From contig NMRA01000528.1 of NCBI GenBank assembly GCA_002633005.1, forward strand, positions 188,535-252,534: a DNA stretch of 64,000 bases. The letters are read 5' to 3'. Position numbers and translations under genes: made by a program. The notes below the pieces were generated by a model, which was given only the letters and a program-made list of their open reading frames with translations, made no database searches and was not told the DNA's origin. Position 1 is the first letter of the stretch, and every line of letters begins with the position of its first letter. The stretch comes from Phoronis australis. Its lineage: Eukaryota > Animalia > Phoronida. Shown here one piece after another: positions 13,444 through 28,244 of the stretch.

Positions 13444-16400
13444 GTAAGAATCTTTATCATTTTCCCGATGCTTCTGAATTTTAGGATCTAGTGCAACATT
13501 CAACTGAATTTTACTAAAATCATTTGTACTTAAACGACCAGACACCGCACTAAGTATTCGACAAATTCGGCGAGTTTACATTTTTCATTGATGGTCATTA
13601 AATCTTTTTCTCTCGAGTTTGTAGATTTTGCACGGAAACGAAACGACTTCACTACTTTAGAAGGCGGCGCACAATAATTTTGCATGCATTTTTGTGCACC
13701 CCAAACCGCACAAAAATAACTCAACAAGACTCGTATCGTAACCTGCCTGAGTAATCATTAGCAATCGATGTAGTAACTAAACGTCAGAGTGCGAGTCATA
13801 TTACGGAAGATGGTCAGGATATCTTGGGACTAGATTACACATGAAATTAGCAATGTTTGTATAAGAGCTTAAGACGACACTTACCAGTGGAGTGTCTTGA
13901 TAAATTAATTAACTTGTCATCTAACAGAATTGCACGAGTATAGAAATATGAATTTTAAAACAAAGCTTATTAGAATAATGATAATTATGATAATTATGAA
14001 TATTGAAATGACGTTAGTAACTGGAACGAAGAAATGACTCCCGAAAGTAACACTGAAATATTATTCTTGATAATGGAAATTTTTTCTTATGAGTACAGTT
14101 TTTGTGCGGATCTTGAATCTATTTGAAAAACTGCTATCATACTATTGTTACAAGAAATTGTAAAGCTTTAGACCTGACTTGACGGGTGCATTTGAATTTT
14201 AGTAAAATCTCGATAAGTGAAAAATTACCTGATTCACACGAGGATAGTGTTTTAAAAGATCTTTCTGACATATGATAATTTTTCTAACTTCAATAGTTTT
14301 GTTTTTTCTTCCAATAGTATTTTTTGTTAAAACGCATGGTTTCACACAGCCAATAATCGCACGCTTTTATATTGTTACTGCAGTTAAATTGATGAAGCAG
14401 AACAGTCCAATTTACTGAACCATTGTGGAACCCGTCCAACGGCACTGTGCCTTTCTAACACAAGTGGTATCCGCACAACACTTCAAGTAAAGTCGCACGT
14501 TTTTTCTGTTTGCGGTCAACAGTTGATGGAAAAGGTTTATTTGATCTTTGTAAGTTTTATGAAAAACATAGGGAGTTGGAGATAAACGTGTTTTCATATA
14601 TAGCACGTTTTCTAGCTTTATAATAATTGCACGTCAACTCAAACGTCAGACACAAAATGGCAATCCAGCAGAATGGTTCTATCGAGAAGAATTCGCACCG
14701 CAAATCACCTTTTCGCTCCCTTTCACACAGAAACAGGCATACATTTGTTTTACCTAAGCGCAATGTCATTTACAAGTGCAGCGATTTCACGGGTTTTGTT
14801 TAACATTAAATCAAAGTGAAGAAAGGCTAGTACATGTGTATTTGCCTCCTAGTTTGTATGCGTCGCTTGGAATCACTGAACCCACAATTTGAGATCTCAC
14901 CATATGGTCGTGTGTGATGCTGCGTTGCGTATTCGAAAAGCAGTGATTTGAAGTAGGAAATGCGGACTAACAATACAGCTCGCTTAATTTGTTTATTCAT
15001 TGCCTTAATAAGCTGATGTATCCCGTTACAAGCGATGATTAAAAAACGAAATCGAATTTTGTAACAATAGACGTTGTTTGCATAAAACACTCCAATCGAG
15101 AGCGCTCTGTTTGATGTGAGGAACACAATCTCTTGTTCATATTTGCAAATCATCAGTACCCACCGTTTGACATGCATGTTTAGGGGAGCTGATATGCTCC
15201 CTTGATGTCGTAAAGTCGATTTTCGCATCGCATCGTCGAATTCGCAGCGATTGTGGGTTCTCCCTTAGCTTGTACGTATTTCGATTGACTGAATATTGTA
15301 AGGATATTCAAGTATCCATCCTCAGGGGCCCTCATTCTAATCGTGTAGCCTGGGACGTTGAATTGCATAGCTGGTTCATGAGAAATATGAAATCTGGGCT
15401 ACCGTTGCATCATAATTTGTGTTTGCTAAGTTCGACTAGGCTTTCCTGTCTTGGTTTGTAGTGTTCATTTTAAAGACCCACGCAGCGCTAACTGGGTCAA
15501 GCCAAGTCGCAAACTCTATTAAACAGGAATAAATCCTGTTTAAACAACCTACGAACTCCATTTGGTCCACGTTTTAACATGTGTAATTAAGAAAGATCAC
15601 TCACAACGTTTGGAAAGTAAACAGGGGTTCCACTCCAAAACATAAAGCAAAGCGGTAATCAAAGGTGGTGCCTACGGCTTCAAAACACCCCACGCTTGCC
15701 AGATTTCATGAAACAAATATATTTCATTAATCTTCAGTGTCTTCAAATTCACGTCGACCATTGGTTTCCCATTTACATTCACGTTGACGGTGGTTTGCAA
15801 AATGTAGCCAGTGCTCAGCTCAAACTGTTTATGGGCAAAGATTTTATAGATACCTAGTATCTTTGTTATGGGTTGGTTTACCGACTATACATACCGAACA
15901 TAGTGATGTCGAAATTTAAGAAGTGCATGAAGCTAGGTTGTATCACGTGCAAAGAAGACTGACGTTCGCAAATATTTCAAAAATATCCTTATACAGAGGA
16001 CATCAATGATTTAAACAACTGCGTATATATTAGTTGGAATAATTTGGGAAGATGTGGTATGAAGAAAATGTTTGACAACAAGGAGCAAGTGGTAATTAAA
16101 TATAAACAAGACTTACTGAAACACTTGGTAACATAACAAATAAGCATAATTGATATGAAAATCAAATTCACCTTTGAAGCTCTTCTCCACTCAACTATAT
16201 TGGCGACAACTGCGGGCTCACCACAGACAAAATAAGCAACATGAAATATTTCGCAATGTGACCAAGAAAAACAATCATTGTAACCCGATTGTCATGAGGT
16301 TGTTTTTGACAACATAGCTCCTACAACTGCAAAATTACATTGTAATTGCGTTCCCCAAACCATAACAATTACACATCTTTGCAATTTGAGGTATGTGATT

Positions 16401-17000
16401 TTGTTTGTGTTTACGCTGGCTTTGCGATCATTGGAAAAGGAGACACATAAATGAAAACACACTACTTATTTCATGAAAACACTGTTTGTTTTCGTAAGTG
16501 GTTTAGACTATTTCAATATGTTTAGCCCTTCTTTGGTCAGTGGAAAGAAAATGCCTGCAAAAGTAACTCGAGCATAAAAGCTGTGATTTGAGTGCAAGCG
16601 ACATTGAACACGGCGAATAATTGGTGTAACATGAACGGTACAATTGCTAAAATTCCATCAGCTTGATGATGCAGCTAAAGAATGATAATATTTTATTATT
16701 AATATCACACTTGATTCACACACGCACACGCACATATTATTGTGGACATTTTTACTCTTCCGTCAGCTGTTAATCTCCGCTTGACAAAAATAGCAATGGA
16801 CGGAAAAATCGTTGACTGGAAATGCAGATCCTTTGCTGAAGAGCTGTCTGGGTCGAGTTCATTTCAAACTCAGCCCTTCAAAAAGCTATTGGATATTTTG
16901 CAATAGGAAATCCTTAAAAGACAATTGCATGCGGGTATTTTAAAACGTGACTGAAAACCCCTTGTTTTGGTGTTTGTAACGTTGACTATTTATTTTTCAG

Positions 17001-17198
17001 CTGGATGTGAACAGAAGCAAGATGCCTCGCTATTTTTAGGCGCAAGCCCGCCTTCCACACCGATTTACGGTCCATCCGCCGCTCCCATTCACGGCTTCAA
17101 CAGCAACCCATGGAAAGCCGGGAATTTCATGCCGTGGTCTCGTGCTGATCACGTGTCTCCCTACGCGAGATTTCCTCTTGCACATCTACCGGTTTTAG
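17001..17198 (+). CDS. Gfi1: Gfi1-like coding exon 2 (Pro/Ser-rich linker)
   Basis: Acceptor tatttttcag| and donor G|GTGAGA. 198 nt, phase 1 to 1, open frame (A)GCEQKQDASLFLGASPPSTPIYG...HLPVL, joining exons 1 and 3 in frame. Confidence 0.85.
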
Positions 17199-19045
17199 GT
17201 GAGAATAATTCGACAATTACGTGACAAACAACAACTTTACTAAATTCTAATTTGGCTACGAAGCCTCCTGATAAGTTTTACCAGTTACAAGATTCAATCG
17301 CCTTCTTTCAAGCCTACTCCTTTGGCGACCACCTAAACAAATGTCCGCAAAAATACATGAAATTCTATGACAATTTCATCGATTTTTCAAACCATTTTCA
17401 GAGCAACACTCTATGAAGTGCCAGATAATACGTTGTTTTTTGTTTCCTGTTTCTGTGATGCCCACATGCTCTCTTACTGGTGTTCCAATTAAATGTCAAC
17501 GATCCAGGTTAATACTAACAGTCATTTTTTCCTGAAAATCACCTATTCTTCTTGTCTCGCTGGTGACTGTAAAAAACGAAACAGAATCTTTTCAACTCAA
17601 AACACACTAATTGAAAATAGACAATAGCAAATTATGCATATATGTTTTGAAGATAAACATTTAAGTACAGGCATTGTACTGAAATACATTGGTCGCTCGA
17701 GTATTCCTTTGGAAATAGTTACGACATCAATCAATGAATTCAAATTCTGCCCGTATTGAAGGCGCCTGCCGCCATACAAATCACCCCTCATGCTCGGCAA
17801 ATCTGCGGACGCACAGGCCAATTACACATCTGTAGTCTATATACAAATTGTTACAAATCGCTGCTGTTAGAATTAGCAAAGTGCCCTTTACATATCGAAA
17901 ATTATCAATATATGCTCGTGTAATTTCATTCAGCGGGTTGAGCGACTGCGACACGAGGCTCAATCGCAGTTATCAATTATACAATTAGCGTTTTAGTTCT
18001 GATCGTTTGCAAAGTGGCAGCATACAGTGTACATGTAGCTTGCTTGGGGTTCATTTCATGAAAATTAGCTTAAGGCTTAAGTCGGAAATTTTGTGTTACG
18101 ATCCACACAGAAATATCTGAAAATAATTCTCACCTCAGCCAAAGTACAGAAAAATGTAAGTCGTCAGATTGTTTTCATCAATTATTTCTTAACTTTGATA
18201 GGCTAACGGTTACAAGGTAAAAACTTTATCATAAAATTAGGAAGAGGAAGCGGAAATCAAAATTTCTGAGTTGTCGGAAGTCACTTTGTCGAAACAAACC
18301 CCAAGGTACCGCTCTGTATACCAAGTATTTTGCAAATATGCGACATCGCGACTGCAGAATCACGCTAAAGAAAGACGACCGTTTCGCTACTATTACCATC
18401 CTACCATAACCTTGCAAAATGGAGACCATTGAAGTGATTGGTCGCTGGGGTTGAACAGATTGAATCCATAAATTATTGCCCAGAATTCGCTGCTAGTGTT
18501 CAAAAAACCAAAAATTTCGCCACTATTGCGGAGCATGGCCCAGTTCTATCTTATCGAATGCTTAAATTGGTTACCAATGAGACAAGCTAACCAAATGTGT
18601 GTAAGATTAAATCTGAATACGACACTGTCCAGAAGCTTAATATTATGTCCAAGAAAAACATGGATCGTGCCACGTATATTGGAACCATTCAACGACCTTT
18701 TTGGAAGAAAGGTGGAGTCTTGAAGTAACAAAAACTTAAAATACGAGGGAAAGAGGAAGAGCCGTTTTAAACAATGGCTGTACTTGATTGTGTTCGTTGG
18801 TTCCGCATGGTCAACTGCTAAGACACTTGATCGGTTTAAAAGCCAAGAGTCATCATCAAGAACCAATCAGACGTCTTAGCTGATTGACCGGCGGAACTGG
18901 CGTTGTCGATCAAGTGCTGATGCTTTGAATATGAACATAAATAATTTCTTGTTTTTCACAATACTCCCAGACAGTTACCTGTATTTTTTCAGTTTTCATC
19001 ATTTTCCTGTTAAATCTCCCAAAAAGTGGAAAATGTCACGACACA

Positions 19046-19192
19046 ATGATATAACGATAACAACAATGTCAATTGTAATAACTGTAATGATAGTAATAAT
19101 GATAGTAATAATGATAGTAATAGTAGTGATAATTATAATAATAGGAATAATGATAATAATGATAATGATAATGATAATGAAGATGACGACGG

Positions 19193-19223
<31 letters not shown>

Positions 19224-19230
19224 AATAATA
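19046..19230 (+). repeat. Compound (ATA/ATG/ACA)n microsatellite in Gfi1 intron 2
   Basis: Long imperfect trinucleotide array. It explains the low-complexity ORFs at 18925-19266. Confidence 0.95.
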
Positions 19231-22200
19231 AGCATTTGCATGTATGTGCGATGACTTTGTATTCATTCTACCTTACTAGACGTAATTGTCTGTTTTCCAT
19301 CGGATCCTAGTGTTTGCTCATTCTGTATGGAAGAAAATGTCATCTGTGTCAAGTTTATACTAACATTTGATAATTTCCTTTTGAGTCCAGATTTTGCACT
19401 TGAAGCAAGTCAACGGGGTTTACTGTCCAGCGTATTACAAGACATAAATGTCATCTTGAGTGTCACGCTAATCCACAATTTTCCACAAATATTTAGTCGT
19501 CCTTCATCAAGTGCTCTGTACGGTAATTAATACTTCTTGCGGAAAGCGTCTGCAGTAGTGAGATTTTAAACTAACCAGGCTTCATAGAAAATCAATCATT
19601 AACTAATTAGTCAGCCTTGACAGTTGAGGAAATTTCAAGTCATATCGTATGACCATTTTAAAACATTTAACACTGGAATCTACCAGTAGCCTCAACGCAA
19701 TCATTCTCAATACAGAACTGCATGGATTAATGTTCGTTTTGATATTCTTCGAGCCCTAAATGAGATGTATTTAGACAAAAATATGACAAAGCAATAGCTT
19801 AACTTCGATTAAACTGGTGCAGATTTTTATAAGTTAAATTTTGCTCTGGGTTTTCTACTTGGCAATAAAGATAGGAGATACGGGTGACATAATATCTTCC
19901 TTTAACATCTAACATTTTAGCTAAAAGTGAAAAGCAATGCAAAACTGACGCAAAACTTGTAAATCAAAGCACGTTTGATATGTTTGAATTACATTTCGCG
20001 TATCAAGAACTTTCCGAGCACGGCTATATACATGTGATCGTTTGGTCACCAATAACATCATTAACAAAGCCAACAAAACGATACATTACTGGGCTTGAAG
20101 AGGACATAAAGCCACCTTTCGTCACAATTTTTGTTTATACACACCACTTGGACGTTATGAAATTGCCCTACAGGTTTCCTTAGTCAAAATAGCACTGGCT
20201 TCTGGGTATAGAAAGAACTGACTGCTTTATGTCGGAGACGATGCTGCACAATGCGCAATCGTTTTCATAGGGTGACAGACTAATCGCTGAACACAATCTC
20301 GAGGAATATGGAAGCCAAGACCACTTATCCTTTGAGTAACAACAAGTTGAGGCAAATTTTACAGCGAAAAGTGGTCAAAATGAAGCCTTTTTTCTTCGAA
20401 GGAATTAGGGTTTAACTGGCATACATATACTCAGTGTCTTAACACGTTGAACTCAACATGGCGTAGATGAGAGGTACTCAAACACATCCACCAAAAACAA
20501 CGCATTTTTGTTTCTTTGGAAACGCAACATCATTAATAATTACATAATTTTTTTTTTAATTCGCAGCCATCCTCATTTCATAAAGTATTCCTTAAAGCAC
20601 ATTCAGACTATCACCAAACTATTATCCGAAGTAAGCTGAATGAGACGCCTTCGCCGCTGTTGCGCATGACTAATAAAATATTAACGAGTCCATTAGAGAT
20701 TTACTGGGGCGCGAATAATCTCAGACAAAATCTGACTGTTGTGGACGCAAGGGTTCTCACACCGTGCGAGCATGACTGGTAAGTCAGGAACTTGTCAACG
20801 TTGTTCGCGATTAATAATAAATGAAACGAACACCAAGCGCGTGTAACAGCTACCGTTTCAGAGTGTCGCTCGTGGCGAACTTCCTGGAATACGAACGCTT
20901 ATTGAAATACTCACGAGTTTGGGAGAACAAAGTAAATGATGTAAGCATATCATCTCAACTTGGTACTTGGTTTTGATACATAAATTTTGAAAATATTTGC
21001 CGGAGACTTACTTTAAATTCGGTGAGATGTAACAATCAGGAACGTAAGCACAGCAATCATAGAGCCTATTAAAATAACTACCCCCACACGGCGCAGTCTT
21101 TGAAAGTCATAGTTTTGTATCACGTTTTAGGGTGGGCCCTTGATTTTTTTGTTTTGACCGTTTGTTTTTTTTTGTTTGCACAGCGAGTTGACGCTCCTAA
21201 TTACCCATCATTGAAGGATGAACCGAATAAGGTTTGTTGATTGCTCCAACAGGTAGATTCGCCGCCTCCATCTCCCAGTTTGAAGTTTGCAATATCGGCC
21301 TGACCTATTTATCGCTGCGCCAGTCTTTATATATTTCGTTTTTTCGAATAAAAGTAGATCATACAAAAATTGAAAATCTGAAAAAAATTCACCTGGAATA
21401 TCAAGAAACAAACATAGAAAATGTAAAGATGTAATAAACGTATACTTGTAACTTACTGTACCGTCATACATGTAAGTACGCGCACGTGATGTCGAACTGT
21501 GAACGCGATTCCACTTGATAAAGCTATGGCAGTGCGTAAAATAGGCGTATAATTAACTTAAACGTGATGCGTATTAATAGCCTTATGCGTTCGTTCAAGC
21601 GTACCGTTTACCTTACGCTGCGTAAAAGATTTAAAGCACTGCGTGCAGTAGCCAGCCACCTAGCTGTATGAATACTGCGTATTGAGCTTCGTTATACCCG
21701 AGTAGTTCTGCTCGTCACTTCGTCGTGATATTTATATCAACGTCTTGAGCTAACGACCGGCGGGGCTACTGTATATGCAAAATCTCGGAGTCAATTAACC
21801 GACACTCACCTTTCCCATGCAGCCGTTTAACGGGAAAGCAATCTAATCAACGTCATTTTGTTGCATAATTCTCCGCCTTTTTATCAAAGACAAGTCTGTC
21901 GCCGTTTTAAAACAGTATGCTCGTGACACGCGCACGCACCATCCTTAAAATTTTGCGACATTTCTAGGGGGGGGTGGGATGTCGCAAAATGTCGTCGACA
22001 CAAGACGCAAAAAAATGCCCCAGAAATTTAGCAGCGGAATAACGATAGAACGCCATTCTTTCCAACACCGGCTAATAATCTAATTTACTTCAGGAAGAGT
22101 ATAGTTTTTTAGTGACAATCAAATTTTATTTGGCCAGTTTTTTCCATATCGGCCGAAAGTTGTATATTTAGTATACAGCTAATCGCCCAAAGGGGTTTGA

Positions 22201-25200
22201 CTGTAGTCCGTTGTAAGTATTGCCAACATGGGATGTACTGTTGGTGGGTTTTAGAATGTTCCATCACCTGAAGAAAATCATTGTTGATTTGGCTTGATTA
22301 TCGTTCTCACATTGCATACTCGTGCACGCGGATTACCGTTCGTTTTATATTTGTTTACGATCAAAAAGGAGTGCGTTCGAAAGAGGCTATTAAAACAACT
22401 TTTGACACAACGTACTACACGGGAGTGATATAATTCATACGTTCTTGATAAAAACTATTTATAATATTCCGTTCGCAAGAGTGACGCTTTAAACCCGCCT
22501 TGTGTTGTCCGTCAGGCAACTGTCTAAAACCATTCACGCATGCGTGAAGGTGCGCTTGTATTCGGAATTAGGCACATGCCCCTACATGTGAAGCATTTGA
22601 GTAAAACCGAAGAGTAAAATTCAATGTATCGCTTAGAAAATGGCATGCCAAATGAAGTGTTTTGATCTAAATTGAAACGGTAAATGAATATTTTTACAGT
22701 AGGTTAAAACATATATCACTTGCACACACGACAGGCCGGATATCCGCCTGGGCCTGGCAATAAAGCATAAGTACAATTGCGTGCTTGAGTAAAGATGTTC
22801 TTTGGTGAAACGCATCATTTCGGATTGGTCAGAGAACGTTTATAGAAGACGTGGTTGTATTACATAACATACATCTAGCGCATTGCCATATTTCAATTCA
22901 ACTTTATTACGTTTAATTTTAGTTTTTAGACGTGCACGCTGTCAAAGTCACTTTTCCGAATAAAGCTTGAATGCGTTACGTAACACACAGATAAACGACC
23001 CTACGCTAAATACTAACATGTAGACTCAGACGCAACTTTATCAGACTTGTAGTTATTAGACGAAATTATGCACAGTCTAACGATACTAGTCATGGAAAAG
23101 ACTCATTAATTTCAAATCATTATCCAATTAAGATTAGTTTCAGTCATATCCCGTTGTTTTTACGTTGATACGAAGCAGTAACTCTCCAGGACGTTTCTTT
23201 GGTGATGATTTCGTGCAGCGACTACACAATGATGAAAATAGCAAAATCTGTGCAAAAGTAAATGCAGTCAGCGCCCTGCTGAAGGAATAAGCAAAAACAC
23301 GGTTGTATCTCCAAATAAAAAATTACTTCGATTTTGTGGATAAGATCTGTGTAATCCCTCCTTTGATGCTATGCATTACTTTGATTTCGTTAGAGGTGCC
23401 ATGAACCCAACTTCAATATCAAAGACCAAGTTCCATTTACCGTTACTAATAATATCGGTTTCAAATTGTTCGTTAGTAAAATTTGAAGTACTTTCAAGGA
23501 GGCGAAACCTGTGACAGTTTGTTACTGCTTTTTCGAATTGTCTTATATGCCGAGAACAATCTCAACGAATAACAAACTACCAGTTCATACACGTAGCAAA
23601 TCCAGTCACTTCCCTTTTGACCAGGGAACAAGTCCATGGGGTAGAAATAAAAAAATTCGCTTCTTGTACCAAACGCAGGTTACAGCCGACTTAAAAAACG
23701 ATTCATTTTAAGCAGTAAAGAGGCAAATAATGAATACATTGTTTTCGGAATTTTCTTGGGATATTCACCCTGTGGTGAAAACATATTTAACTTAAGAAGA
23801 AAATACTATAAGCTATTGCAATATGTAAACGTGTCCATAGAGTGAGATACACTTCTGTTATATTTAAAAGCCTACAGTAACTGAAGTAGAAACAACCAAA
23901 TTTTCTAATTTATCACTCAGCAAAATTTGTTTATTATTTATTATCAATTATCCACGATACCTCGTATTCGTTTAATTATTCGGACCTAAAAATCAAACAA
24001 AATGTGAAAAAAGGCTTTTGATAACAGAACCAATCTCGGTTGCGGGCTATTAGAAATGATCGTCGTAATCACTTATCGGGCGATGAGAGACTACTTCAAC
24101 TTATGAGTGATTAAGAAAAGCTTCTTTACGTTCTCAGTTTATGTTACCCATGGGAATAGATCGACGAACGAATACATGCAACACATACCGTCACTTATAA
24201 ACGGTTCGGTGTCATTGGCGTTGTTTCGTCAAGGGTAGAAATCAGTACTTGTACATGTTCAGCGAACATCTGAAAGGTTTGAAGCGGCACTGGTGCACGT
24301 GCGCCATAATCGAATTTCACATTTGCTTTAAGAATCGAAATTTAAATGAATTGAATTCAGAGCACGCTGTCAAATCAGGGTAATCGTACAAACAGATAAA
24401 ATACATATTTAATCACGGGTGTTTTATATGGGTCATCGCACGGGGAAAATAGAGAAGGTGAATACATTTAGGTTAAATGCCTAATATTTAGTGTAAATGT
24501 GTTAATTTCACACGTGTTTTATATGGATGTGTTAAAAGCCGAAGTTGCTGCGCCAAGTATATATTTTCACAAGGTTGCAACCGATGACAATGACACACAC
24601 ACAGTATAAAAACGCTTGTAATTTAACGTCTTTATACTACTTAATGGATGTTTAACCCACATGTCTTCGTCTGCTCTATCTTTTTTCGTGTCCAATAGCC
24701 ATGTCACTTGACCACACAATAGTATTTTGGGTCATTGCACGGACACATGACTCGATTATATCACGAGCGTATCAAGACGTACATGTATGTAATAAAAGTA
24801 CACGTGGATTTGAGTTCTGATGTCACGCGCTGTTTTTTCTTGGTGGTGCCATTTTTCCGATTCTATGAATTTTATTTTATACTTCGTCAACTTGGTCCCC
24901 ATATCTCTCACTAGCTATCTCAGACACCTCCTTCAAATACAGCTCACGGCGGGCACATTAGAATTGGTTAAAGGTGGACCCCAAAGCAAAGTTAACTTCC
25001 ATTTTTGTGGAGCGGCGGGTGAGCAAACTATATTCGAGACTGTATTCTAAACACCTGTTTCATTGTTTTAGAGTATTTTCTGGATTTTTATTTATCGTCA
25101 CCAATTTTGAGTTTATCCTCGTTTCACTCAGTAGCGACTGCCATTCGTAATAATGGCTGATTTTGACCTACTTTGAAGGGTTCTTGCTTGCGGCTTCAGT

Positions 25201-27653
25201 ACCGGACTCAGTTGGAGGCACACAATTCATGTTGATGTAACAACAATGTGTCACATTAATAAAAGTGTTTGATTGAGTTTAATTGGATATTACTAATGAT
25301 ATTTTTGCACCGCACACAGAACACTATTGTAGTAACCAATGTAGTTGACATTGAACAGTTTCACCGGCTTTGTATACAGGCTGGAGATTTTGAGAAAGGA
25401 GTTACAACGAAGGTCGATTAGCAATGTTCATTTATTGTTAGGAGAATTTGTGATTTTAATTACCAGATGCTCACCAGTTTAGTTTTCGAAATGTATTGTA
25501 AACGTAAATTCATCTAATTCATTCAGCTTAAAGCCATGGTCGATCAGGTTGAATCTTAGGAATTCCAACCGTAGAAAGCAGTTCTATTTCGATCACGTGA
25601 CGATGGTTACGTTTATGGTCACGTGGCCGTAAGATATCCCTTTAGTTATTGCATGGGCACGTGACACGGTTATTGCGCGGCCGTATCAAGACGTAGGTGG
25701 TATAAAGGAGATTAAAAACCACAAAGATTTAGAGAACATCACGGTGACTTGTAAACTAAGTTAGCACAGAGGATTCATAAAGGAATGGGTGATTATAAGC
25801 CTTGAATTAGGGGCAACCGTGGAGAGAGGGGAGCGATTCTTTGTTTGCAAAATTTGATGGCGACCAAGAAGGGAACTGAAGACAAATCAAGACGTTGCAG
25901 GCTTTATTGTCAGCTTAATTTACCATTTGTGCATCATGATATAAAACGTATCTGGTCACGTGCAGAAGGTTTTTTTAATTGATTCAAACTGACGCTGGGT
26001 AACAGAACAATGTGCTTTTAACAACCAATAATACTGTTCTGAATTATTAATCCAGCCATCTTTTACTCTCAGAAGAACAATCTCTCAGTAATGATAAATG
26101 AATATTAAACTGGTTTTATTAACTCCTTTTGAATACTCGACTTCAGCCGTGGCGTTTTCAATGAAGACTCCGTTGGGTTTGTTGGCAAAAGTCATCCCTT
26201 TGTCAAGTTTTAGTGCCATTAATAATTCGTAGTCATTAATATTTCACACGACTCCTCCGCGATACGCTATCACTGTACAATAACAACATTCCCTTGTCGC
26301 GATATGTTTAAGGTGTCGAGATAAGCAAATGAAATCATACGGGGGCAAAAATACGGAGACTTGTTTTTTAAGCGTCACCTTTACGAAACAATGTAAGGAA
26401 TAACAATCCTCTGGTGTGCTTACATGACCTTTTTCAAGCTCATAAATAACTTCCATGATTCTGGTTTAATAATTCTGGCGTCAGAAAAAATCCCATCTTT
26501 CATAGCGGGAAATAAGTACACGAACAATGAACGGCTTTATTGACGTTGGATTCGAGTTTATATCGGTTGATAAAAATCACCGCTTTATCACCTTTTCTTA
26601 AGGAAAACAGAATCACGGACACGTGTGCACCTGTCACGACGACCTACATGTAAAATCCGCACCGACTGACAAAAACTGCCTGTAACAGTGGAAGGTCCGC
26701 TAATCTGATCTTGTCATTTATTCACACAACACGTTTATACAGGGCATGACAGGATTTGCTATTGATGATAAATTAAAGTGGAAATTTCTTACAAATTTCG
26801 TTGCAACTTTCTACATGTAAGCAGTCAGGGAGATGGCATTGTATGCTTTAATTGAGAACTTGGGGGATTAGAGACACCGACAGCGAGATTGAGACCGATA
26901 TTTAGTCTCCAGCAAACAAAAGTTTATTGAAAACTTGTGAACTGACACTGCATTGGTTCACAACCTTTCCGTCGAATTATAATCAATCCGTGAATTGCAG
27001 AAATCAGATCACTCCACTTAATCTATCTTGCCATGCCGCCGATGCCGTGATTGGGCTGTTACGACATTACAGGGCTCAGTTTTGATGTAGAGTTTCATGG
27101 ACTCTATTGTCGATCTATCGACCTCACTACTAAATAATTCATATTGTCATTATGACTTCCCCGCTAACCGACGCCAAAATCCTCCCGATGAAAACAATTA
27201 CATTGTCAAACTAAATCGCTCTACTAATTAGATACGGTTGGTACCATACCGCTGTCATTATCGAATTGGCTATTGGAGACAACAGAATTTATCAATCTCA
27301 GATTTCCTCATTTGCAAACATCGATTACTCAGAACTTTTTCCATCTGATTTTCGCAATGTCCACACAACACGAAGTGCAAAAACTGTACTAAAATATTTT
27401 ATGATTTTTTATATAATATTCAAACGAGTTCTCAACATTTGTTTTTTTTGTCTACACACTATTTTAGTACACGAACAGTGTGTTTACCAAGCGATGTTTT
27501 AAGTCATAGACCTCACGTCAATATTTCTTCATATTAGCCACATCGTATACTGTCTGTATACATTGGTTGATCGGCATTTGCTATAATACGATATCCGGTA
27601 CTCATAAACTTCGTCAGTTCATTCACAAATATGCCTTTATATTGCCTTTACAG

Positions 27654-28244
27654 GGATGAGCGAGCCCTTCCGAACCATGTTCAGAGAAACGGGAGGACGA
27701 TACAGCTATACAGATCTCTACAGGGCTTATCTAACGAGCACAGAATTCAAGCATCTCATGAAAACCATCTCTGTCGATCCGCATCATATGTGGCCGACAC
27801 CACTGCCTCACTACCAAAAACTGGAACAGAATCTCGACGGCAAAATACAAGCATCCAGCCCGACAGAGTCGGACGGTAAACTTTCTCCTATTTCGGACGG
27901 TGAAGGCAGCGGAACGTTCGAGTGTGTCAAGTGCAATAAGCTGTTCAGCACGTCGCATGGACTGGAAGTGCACGTGCGTCGCGCTCACAGCGGGAAGAGG
28001 CCCTACGCGTGCGATGTGTGCAACAAAACATTCGGACACGCCGTGAGTCTGTCACAGCACCGTGCAGTGCACACGCAAGAGCGATCTTTTCAATGCAAGC
28101 AGTGCGGAAAGTGTTTCAAGAGATCGTCGACTCTCTCCACTCATCTCCTGATCCATAGTGATACGCGTCCTTACCCGTGCCAGTATTGCGGTAAAAGGTT
28201 CCATCAGAAATCAGACATGAAGAAACACACTTACATTCATACAG
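27654..28244 (+). CDS. Gfi1: Gfi1-like coding exon 3 (zinc fingers 1-4)
   Basis: Acceptor cctttacag| and donor G|GTAAGA, 591 nt. Encodes [64 protein letters not shown] and [21 protein letters not shown], which are Gfi1-family fingers. Confidence 0.97.

Noticed and set aside
18925-19266. ORFs rich in Ile/Val/Cys/Tyr-His that look like membrane or metal-binding proteins
   Set aside because: They are translations of a trinucleotide microsatellite in intron 2.
27631-28039. Alternative-frame and antisense ORFs over Gfi1 exon 3
   Set aside because: Shadows of the real zinc-finger exon.
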